The position numbers and the translations under genes were made by a program. This document shows positions 57,861 through 64,000 of a stretch of 64,000 nucleotides of DNA, piece after piece. This DNA is from an uncultured Chitinophagaceae bacterium (lineage in GTDB: Bacteria > Bacteroidota > Bacteroidia > Chitinophagales > CAIOSU01): contig CAYGTK010000004.1 in the NCBI GenBank assembly GCA_964352775.1, forward strand, positions 594-64,593, written 5' to 3'. Positions within the stretch are counted from its first letter, which is position 1, and each line of letters starts with the position of its first letter. The notes under the pieces were generated by a model. The model had not been told where the DNA came from. It saw nothing but the letters and a program-made list of their open reading frames with translations, and did not search any database.

Positions 57861-58564
57861 ACGCTTTCTTTAACTAGAAGCTTTAGTCCTCTGCCATGTA
57901 CGCTCATTATCTCTACTTTATCGTCTTGCTTTAAGTGCTTGCGCAGCTTACTGATGAATACATCCATACTGCGGCCAGTAAAGTAACTGTCGTTATCCCA
58001 AACTAGTTTTAGAGCTATCTCGCGCTCCAGCACCTCGTTTTTATTGAGGCATAACAAGCGAAGTAGATCAGCTTCTTTGGTAGTAAGGCGGTTGCTTTCG
58101 CCATTCAATACTAGCGAGCGGTCAGAGTATTTGAACGTGTAGTCACCAATTTCGAATTCAGTTTGTGTTTGTGGCGAAGTGCTGTCACCCATGCTTCTGC
58201 GAAGTACAGCTTCTACACGTAACTCCAACTCCTCCATGCTAAAGGGTTTGGTGATGTAATCATCTCCACCGATCTTGAAGCCTTCTATCTTATCTTCCTT
58301 CATGCTCTTAGCTGTCAAGAATATGATAGGTATCTTCTTATCTATCTTCCGCACCTGCTTGGTGAACGAGAAGCCATCCATTTTGGGCATCATAATATCT
58401 ACGATACAGATGTCAAATTGCCCACCATTGAATGCTCTTAAACCCAACTCACCATCTTCTTGTAGTGTTACGTTATAACCATTGTGCTCTAAATATTCTT
58501 TCAATACAAAACCCAAGTTCGGGTCGTCTTCTAGTAGTAGAAGCTTTGCTTTTATCTGGCTCAT
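57857..58564 (-). CDS. OmpR/PhoB-type response regulator (RprY-like)
   Basis: Receiver domain (LLLEDDPNLG, phospho-acceptor region DICIVDIMMPKMDG, LTAK) plus a winged-helix DNA-binding C-terminal domain (LTTKEADLLRLL..GRGLKL). Confidence 0.9.
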   Translation of the reverse strand: MSQIKAKLLLLEDDPNLGFVLKEYLEHNGYNVTLQEDGELGLRAFNGGQFDICIVDIMMPKMDGFSFTKQVRKIDKKIPIIFLTAKSMKEDKIEGFKIGGDDYITKPFSMEELELRVEAVLRRSMGDSTSPQTQTEFEIGDYTFKYSDRSLVLNGESNRLTTKEADLLRLLCLNKNEVLEREIALKLVWDNDSYFTGRSMDVFISKLRKHLKQDDKVEIMSVHGRGLKLLVKESV

Positions 58565-60330
58565 AGGGTTTCGTTTTTGTTGTTATTGTATGTTGGTAGG
58601 GTCAGTTCAAAAGTACTGCCCTTGCCTAATTCACTTTGTAAATGTACCGTGCCGCCATGTGCTTCCACCATCAGTTTCACATAGCTTAAGCCAAGCCCAA
58701 AACCTTTCACATCGTGGATGTTACCCGTAGGTACTCGGTAAAATTTCTCGAACACGCGTTTCTGCGATTCTTTGTTCATGCCGATGCCTTTGTCCTTTAC
58801 CGAGATGAATATACCGTTAGCCACATCCTTAGTAGTAATAGTGATATTGGGGGTTTCTTTGGAGTATTTAATGGCATTGTCTAACAGATTGAAAAGCACA
58901 TTGGTAAAGTGCACTTTGTCTGCATCAGCAAAAACCTGTGTGGCTTCTAGCTGGGTGTGTACCTCACCTTCTCTAGTTTCCAATTGCAAACTCAACTGAT
59001 CCATAACTTGCTGAAGAAGCTCATGAACGTTCACGGATTGTTTTTTTAGCTTAAAATCACCTTTGTCTAGCACTGCCATTTGCAATACGCGTTCTACTTG
59101 ACCACCTAGTCGTTTATTCTCGTCATGAATAATTCCTGCAAAGCGACCTCGTTTTTGTTCGTCTGCCGCAATAGTAGGATTAGTCAGCATTTCGCTGGCT
59201 AGTGATATCGTTGCTATTGGCGTTTTAAGCTCATGCGTCATGTTATTGATAAAATCCGTTTTCATATCCGACAATTTCTTCTGGCGGAAAATGATGTATA
59301 TGGTATAAGCAAAACACAAGCTGATGGCCAATATCAACACCATGGAAGTGATAGACATAGTACCCAAACTCTGAAAGATATAAGCGTCTTGCGCAGGAAA
59401 TTGAACCGACAAGAACAATGGCTGACTGAACATATCACTACCGAACAGCGATACTTGGTGCGCGTTAACGCTTGTCCGCTCGGGGTAGCTGTTTCCATTG
59501 AAATTGACACTAGTAACTAATGGCCTTCCGCCCCTGTGGTGTACGTTATATTCAAACGGTGTATGTATACCTCTAGCGGCTAACTCTTCCTTCAGTAAAA
59601 ACTCTATCTCCGCGGTATCTATTCGCTCCAACGGTGAGCGTGATGTTTGCAAGAAGTCGAAGAATAGATCACTGAACATACCCTTATGCGAGCTGAACTG
59701 GTTCAGACTCTTATTTATGGTTTGTTCCAGTCCGTTCAGTGTGTTGCTGTTCACATTAAAGGTGTGAACGGAATCGTCCATCTGTATTTTTATCTTGCTG
59801 TTGAACGAGTATTCGCCCAATGTATCTACCTCTACCACTGTATCCACCCCTATTCTGATATCGGAAAGGAAGTCCATTTTCTCTAGCCGCTTCCTATCTT
59901 TTATGCCCGTTTCTGGTTGTTTCTTACTAAAGATCCCTTTGCGGCCTTCCTCTAGCTCTATCTCTTCTTCCTCTTGATCATTAATTACTTGTAGCAGTTG
60001 TTTAAAGGCCTTAGCATTAGTATCGGTCAACGATATGTTCTGGTCAAAACTCAGCACCATACCTGGATTACGGCCCATCATATTCATGAAGTTGGGTGAT
60101 GGGGCTACGGTGCTTTGGCGCATCCAATCAAATCGGGTAGAAAGAAAGGAGAAGGCGTCTTGTTTCTCTAGTTTGTTCGACACCTCATCTAAAGCCTGAC
60201 CCACAGCGGTGTTGAACTGCGCCTCGCGCAATATCATCGCATTACGTATCCAGTATACTTGGATAACCACTAGGCAGGTAAGCACCAAGCCCATCAGTAT
60301 CGCAAAAGCTGTAACAGTCCTTTTATTCAT
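58561..60330 (-). CDS. Sensor histidine kinase (HisKA + HATPase_c), cognate to the adjacent regulator
   Basis: Trimmed to MNKRTVTAFAILMG. Two TM segments flank a periplasmic domain of about 290 aa. H-box FINNMTHELKTPIA, N-box LLDNAIKYS, G-boxes DKGIGM and GFGLGLSYV. The stop overlaps the regulator start by 4 nt. Confidence 0.85.
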   Translation of the reverse strand: MNKRTVTAFAILMGLVLTCLVVIQVYWIRNAMILREAQFNTAVGQALDEVSNKLEKQDAFSFLSTRFDWMRQSTVAPSPNFMNMMGRNPGMVLSFDQNISLTDTNAKAFKQLLQVINDQEEEEIELEEGRKGIFSKKQPETGIKDRKRLEKMDFLSDIRIGVDTVVEVDTLGEYSFNSKIKIQMDDSVHTFNVNSNTLNGLEQTINKSLNQFSSHKGMFSDLFFDFLQTSRSPLERIDTAEIEFLLKEELAARGIHTPFEYNVHHRGGRPLVTSVNFNGNSYPERTSVNAHQVSLFGSDMFSQPLFLSVQFPAQDAYIFQSLGTMSITSMVLILAISLCFAYTIYIIFRQKKLSDMKTDFINNMTHELKTPIATISLASEMLTNPTIAADEQKRGRFAGIIHDENKRLGGQVERVLQMAVLDKGDFKLKKQSVNVHELLQQVMDQLSLQLETREGEVHTQLEATQVFADADKVHFTNVLFNLLDNAIKYSKETPNITITTKDVANGIFISVKDKGIGMNKESQKRVFEKFYRVPTGNIHDVKGFGLGLSYVKLMVEAHGGTVHLQSELGKGSTFELTLPTYNNNKNETL

Positions 60331-60478
60331 AGCAAGTACAAATGTAACGTGCAAAGCGCCTCAATACTATTTCGTTAACATGTTTTAACATGGGCAGAAC
60401 CCTGAAACCGTAGACTCCTCTTAACATTCTTTAACTGTCATTAACTTTTCCTTAACCACTTCCACCTAGGCATTCATA

Positions 60479-60486
60479 TAGCTTTG
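60479..60486 (+). promoter_or_regulatory. Candidate -7 promoter box (TAGCTTTG) for the acidic T9SS cargo gene
   Basis: Perfect TAnnTTTG ending 32 nt upstream of the ATG at 60518. Confidence 0.4.
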
Positions 60487-60517
60487 AAATCATTCAAACA
60501 ACAAAACCCCATTTGCT

Positions 60518-61453
60518 ATGAAAACGCGTATCCAAACCTACAAAGCTGTATTTCCAGCGCTACTGTTCACCTTTTTAATGGGCTATCACGATTTCGTGTG
60601 GGCACAAGATGCTGATAACGAACAAGAACCCATCACCATAACCCACGACATTGAAATAGAAGATGACGGTACTAAACAACCTGTGGTGCAAAACACCTTC
60701 CACTCTAACCTAGAAGAAATAAACCCCGAGGCTTTTTCCGAGTTACAACAGCTAATGAGCCAAATGAACATAGATATTCTAAAAACACACGATTCTGCTT
60801 CTTTAAAGAGTGTAGATATAGACATCAGCACGCTAGAGTCGTTACCAGAGGATGTTAAGCTGCTAATGGAAGAAATGGGCTTCTCTGGCGAAATGGAGGT
60901 GATGTTAGACATTGACATCGACAACCTAATAAGTGAAGAAATTGAGATGCTATCAGGTGGTGAAGGGCCCATCAAAAAAGTAATAATGATAGATGAAGAT
61001 GGCGAAGAGCAAGAGATAACAATTAAGCACTTTGACTTTGATGGTGCTGACTGGAATGTAGGTAATGATGCCCAGGTGGTGATACAAAAGGTCATAATAA
61101 TGAAAATGGAAATTGAAGACCTAGAACTAGAGGAGGCTGCAGCTATTAAAAAGCTAGACGAAACCACCAACGGAAAAACCGCTGAAGCAAAAACACTAGC
61201 GGTTGATGCATTACAAGTGTTCCCCAACCCAAATCAAGGGGTGTTCCAATTGCAATTCAATTCTGCCGAAAAAGGAAAGCTGACCATTCGTGTAGCCGAT
61301 ATGCAAGGGCAACTACTTTACGAAGAAATACAGAAAGGTTTTAGCGGAAGCTACAGCAACAAGGTAGACCTAAGTGAACAACCAGCAGGCACTTACCTGC
61401 TACAAATAGTACATGGCAAGCGGGTAGCCAATAAAAAACTAACCATACAGTAA
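60518..61453 (+). CDS. Highly acidic secreted protein with T9SS type A CTD
   Basis: Signal-like N-terminus ..HDFVWAQ. The next ~200 aa are very rich in E, D, I and M (e.g. EMEVMLDIDIDNLISEEIEMLSGGEG). C-terminal FPNPNQGVFQLQF..GTYLLQI tail. Confidence 0.65.
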   Translation: MKTRIQTYKAVFPALLFTFLMGYHDFVWAQDADNEQEPITITHDIEIEDDGTKQPVVQNTFHSNLEEINPEAFSELQQLMSQMNIDILKTHDSASLKSVDIDISTLESLPEDVKLLMEEMGFSGEMEVMLDIDIDNLISEEIEMLSGGEGPIKKVIMIDEDGEEQEITIKHFDFDGADWNVGNDAQVVIQKVIIMKMEIEDLELEEAAAIKKLDETTNGKTAEAKTLAVDALQVFPNPNQGVFQLQFNSAEKGKLTIRVADMQGQLLYEEIQKGFSGSYSNKVDLSEQPAGTYLLQIVHGKRVANKKLTIQ

Positions 61454-61476
61454 GCTTTTTTCATACCTGTAGTATT

Positions 61477-61509
61477 CGGCTCGCTGTGGTGGCGGGCCGT
61501 TTTTTGTTT
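61477..61509 (+). terminator. Rho-independent terminator
   Basis: CGGCTCGC-tgtggtg-GCGGGCCG, an 8-bp stem with one G.U pair, followed by TTTTTTGTTT. Confidence 0.6.
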
Positions 61510-61513
61510 GATC

Positions 61514-62224
61514 TTAATCCGCCGGCAGCGCAACTGGCCCATCACCATAAAATGGAACCAACTGCTCTTCACTAGCAGAAGACCTAGAGTTTTTTACCCC
61601 CTCTTCAGGTGTTCTGGTTACCCATATGGAGGAGTTTCCCTGTATACCGATGTATAGCTCTTTGCCCTCATAAAATGGTTCTTCGGCAATTACCTCATCC
61701 ATCATATCAAGCAGTTCTGGTCTAACCGACTTATCTAGATCGTTAATTTTGGGCAGTTTCAATATTATCAATACTCTATTAAGCTCTTTGTTCTCCTTAA
61801 CTAAACAGGCTGTGTTCTCTGGCTCTAGCTCATCTACAAGTGAATATCTCATGTAACTGGTAAATGTTGCCGCTAAAGAATCTATACCAGCAGTTTCGGC
61901 AGCGTCTAACTCATCCTGGTCGGCTTCCAGTAAAGTATATCGGTAATCGGTAGACTCTTCCGTAAATAGACTCGGTGCTTTAGAAAAAGCCGTAACCCCC
62001 AACACAACTACTATAGCTGCAAAAACATGAGTAGGCACAAAGAAGATAGTAGGCATTCCTGAATAACCCTCTCCCTTTGTGGATGCTTTAACCGAGGCCG
62101 CCACACCCACTAAGCCTGCAAGTATCATCGACAGTCCAGCGTTTATATCGAGAAATGCCAAGCCAACAAAAACGGCAACGGTAATAATGGCAACAAAAGC
62201 GCCTTTGATGTTATAAATTATCAT
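61514..62224 (-). CDS. Hypothetical membrane protein
   Basis: 236 aa. Three N-terminal TM helices and then a soluble domain of about 150 aa. No recognisable motif. Confidence 0.5.
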   Translation of the reverse strand: MIIYNIKGAFVAIITVAVFVGLAFLDINAGLSMILAGLVGVAASVKASTKGEGYSGMPTIFFVPTHVFAAIVVVLGVTAFSKAPSLFTEESTDYRYTLLEADQDELDAAETAGIDSLAATFTSYMRYSLVDELEPENTACLVKENKELNRVLIILKLPKINDLDKSVRPELLDMMDEVIAEEPFYEGKELYIGIQGNSSIWVTRTPEEGVKNSRSSASEEQLVPFYGDGPVALPAD

Positions 62225-62357
62225 GAGTAAACTTTATGTTTGGATATGTTGACCTTAAAATTAATGTTTTGGTCTTCATTTAGAAGTCTTTTACATGCGC
62301 ACTCCATTACCTAGGTCAACACCCTAAACTTATACACAACTTCTCCACCTAAATTTG

Positions 62358-62365
62358 TATATTTG
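62358..62365 (+). promoter_or_regulatory. Candidate -7 promoter box (TATATTTG) for the rimP-nusA operon
   Basis: Perfect TAnnTTTG, 53 nt upstream of the rimP ATG (62418) and 17 nt upstream of the leader hairpin. Confidence 0.45.
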
Positions 62366-62381
62366 CACCAGTATTGATGAT

Positions 62382-62409
62382 GAGGGGACTTCGAGTCCCC
62401 TCTTTTTAT
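62382..62409 (+). terminator. Intrinsic-terminator-like hairpin in the rimP-nusA leader (candidate attenuator)
   Basis: GAGGGGACT-tcg-AGTCCCCTC, a 9-bp GC-rich stem followed by TTTTTAT. It lies between the predicted promoter and the rimP start. There is no upstream same-strand gene for it to terminate. Confidence 0.6.
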
Positions 62410-62417
62410 ACGAGTGT

Positions 62418-62885
62418 ATGGATATTCAAGAGGTGAAAGAAAGGCTACAAGCCTTGGTAGAAGAGCGTTTTAAAGACGACCCCGAGCATTTTCTCGTTGA
62501 TGTAAAAATTGCTGGGCGGCGAATAACCGTGTTTATTGATGGTGACGATGGCATTAAAATTGCCGAATGTGCCAAGATGAGCAGACACTTGGAGAGTTAC
62601 CTTGACGAAGGCCAATGGATGGGGGAGAACTACATCCTTGAAGTGTCTTCACCAGGTATGAGTAATCCGTTGAAAGTATTGCGTCAATACAAACGAAGGA
62701 TAGGCCGTGAGGTGAGAGTAGTGAAAACGAATGGCGAAGGAGTGGAAGGAGAATTGAGAAGTGCGGATGAAGAAAAGGTGGTACTAGAGTACATAAAACG
62801 CAAAAAAGGTAAAGTGCTGGAACGAAAAACGTTCGAGATACCATTTGAAGAGATAAAAAACACAAAATTGATACTTAATTTCTAA
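62418..62885 (+). CDS. rimP: Ribosome maturation factor RimP
   Basis: Trimmed to MDIQEVKERLQALVEERF. LEVSSPGMSNPLK is the RimP signature. Sits immediately upstream of nusA. Confidence 0.85.
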   Translation: MDIQEVKERLQALVEERFKDDPEHFLVDVKIAGRRITVFIDGDDGIKIAECAKMSRHLESYLDEGQWMGENYILEVSSPGMSNPLKVLRQYKRRIGREVRVVKTNGEGVEGELRSADEEKVVLEYIKRKKGKVLERKTFEIPFEEIKNTKLILNF

Positions 62886-62889
62886 GGAA

Positions 62890-64000
62890 ATGGATACGTT
62901 AAACCTTGTTGAATCATTTTCGGAGTTTAAAGACTTTAAAAACATTGACCGCCCCACCATGATGAAGGTGTTGGAGGATGTTTTCAAAACCTTGCTACGC
63001 AAGAAATACGGCTCCGACGATAATTTCGACATCATTGTGAACACAGACAAGGGTGACCTGGAGATATGGCGAAACCGCGAAATAGTGGAAGACGGTGAAG
63101 TAGAAGACGAACTTAAAGAAGTAGCTATTTCAGAAGCCTTATTGATAGAAGCAGATTACGAAACAGGAGAAGATGCTTACGAGCAGATAACCATTGAGAG
63201 CTTTGGTCGCCGTGCAGTATTAGCTGCCCGCCAAACGCTTATTTCAAGGGTGCTTGAGCTAGAAAAAGACGAAGTATACAAGAAGTATAAAGATCGCGTA
63301 GGCGAAATAGTTACCACCGAAGTATATCAAGTATGGAAACGCGAAATACTTTGCTTGGATGAGGATGGCAATGAGCTTATTCTTCCTAAAATGGAGCAGA
63401 TACGTAGCGATTACTTCAAGAAGGGAGACAACGTTCGTGCAGTAGTGGCTCGTGTTGAAATGAAGAACAGTAGCCCTGTAGTTATTCTATCAAGAACTGA
63501 CAATGCCTTCTTGGCCAAATTGTTAGAACTAGAGGTGCCAGAAATATTTGATGGTTTGATAACTATTAAGAAGATAGTTCGCGAACCAGGAGAGAAAGCA
63601 AAAGTAGCTGTAGAGTCATACGACGACCGTATTGACCCTGTAGGTGCTTGTGTAGGTATGAAGGGTTCTCGTATTCACGGAATTGTTCGTGAATTGAAGA
63701 ACGAAAACATCGACATTATAAACTATACTGCTAACTTACAGTTGATGATAACACGATCTTTAGCACCAGCTAAGATCACCTCTATGGATATAGATGAGGA
63801 GAAGAAAAGGGTGTCGGTTTACCTACGTCCTGATCAAGTTTCTCTAGCTATTGGTAAGGGGGGAATGAACATCCGTTTGGCTAGCCGAATGGTAGAGTTG
63901 GAGATAGACGTTTTCCGTGATACGGAAGAAGGTGAAGATTACGATATTGATCTGGAAGAATTTGCAGATGAAATAGATGGCTGGATACTCGATGAGTTGA
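62890..64000 (+). CDS. nusA: Transcription termination/antitermination factor NusA (3' end beyond the window)
   Basis: My own translation, since the ORF is open to the window end and absent from the ORF track: MDTLNLVESFSEFKDFKNIDRPTMMKVLEDVF.. Includes the S1 region (GEIVTTEVYQV), RIDPVGACVGMKGSRIHGIVREL and QVSLAIGKGGMNIRLAS KH motifs. Confidence 0.9.
   Translation, partial: MDTLNLVESFSEFKDFKNIDRPTMMKVLEDVFKTLLRKKYGSDDNFDIIVNTDKGDLEIWRNREIVEDGEVEDELKEVAISEALLIEADYETGEDAYEQITIESFGRRAVLAARQTLISRVLELEKDEVYKKYKDRVGEIVTTEVYQVWKREILCLDEDGNELILPKMEQIRSDYFKKGDNVRAVVARVEMKNSSPVVILSRTDNAFLAKLLELEVPEIFDGLITIKKIVREPGEKAKVAVESYDDRIDPVGACVGMKGSRIHGIVRELKNENIDIINYTANLQLMITRSLAPAKITSMDIDEEKKRVSVYLRPDQVSLAIGKGGMNIRLASRMVELEIDVFRDTEEGEDYDIDLEEFADEIDGWILDEL

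Noticed and set aside
62382-62402. The GGGGAC-TTCGA-GTCCCC hairpin upstream of rimP looked superficially like a tRNA T-arm. In E. coli a tRNA gene precedes rimP.
   Set aside because: There is no acceptor, D or anticodon arm in the flanking sequence, and the loop length and sequence do not fit a T-loop. A terminator or attenuator reading fits better.

Overview
This window reads as a chromosomal segment from a Bacteroidota genome, possibly Flavobacteriia- or Cytophagia-like; the exact taxon cannot be determined. The assignment rests on many Por/T9SS C-terminal sorting domains, SprB-type repeats, TAnnTTTG -7 promoter boxes and a lack of strong Shine-Dalgarno use. I call about 54 protein genes and found no rRNA, tRNA, CRISPR array, transposase or integrase.

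The backbone is housekeeping:
- rbfA, glpK, uvrB, bcp
- the rplM-rpsI-rpsB-tsf / pyrH / frr block
- dusB, cdsA, psd
- rimP and a partial nusA
- a galE / epimerase / rfbA sugar-nucleotide trio
- an OmpR-type two-component pair

Among these sit eight predicted T9SS cargo proteins:
- a 1717-aa adhesin with 11 tandem SprB-like repeats
- a 1705-aa adhesin with 14 tandem SprB-like repeats
- a secreted peptidoglycan amidase
- two tandem esterase paralogues
- a Kelch protein
- a very acidic protein
- a 635-aa protein of unknown function

The strongest candidate for an undescribed system is an AT-richer, translationally coupled three-gene cassette at 53438-55150. It encodes two divergent DUF488 proteins plus a Cys/His-rich orphan, possibly a dual-OB protein. 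It sits between cdsA and psd and is flanked by an unusually AT-rich spacer, a hairpin and a fresh promoter box for psd.

Secondary leads:
- an orphan radical SAM/SPASM enzyme behind a 425-bp unexplained spacer that contains a small ORF with an aromatic-rich tail
- a terminator-like attenuator in the rimP-nusA leader
- a type-B-CTD adhesin with no adjacent PorP/SprF gene
- a 42-aa single-TM ORF that falls below the ORF-track cut-off

All family assignments come from motif recognition by eye, and no database search was run.
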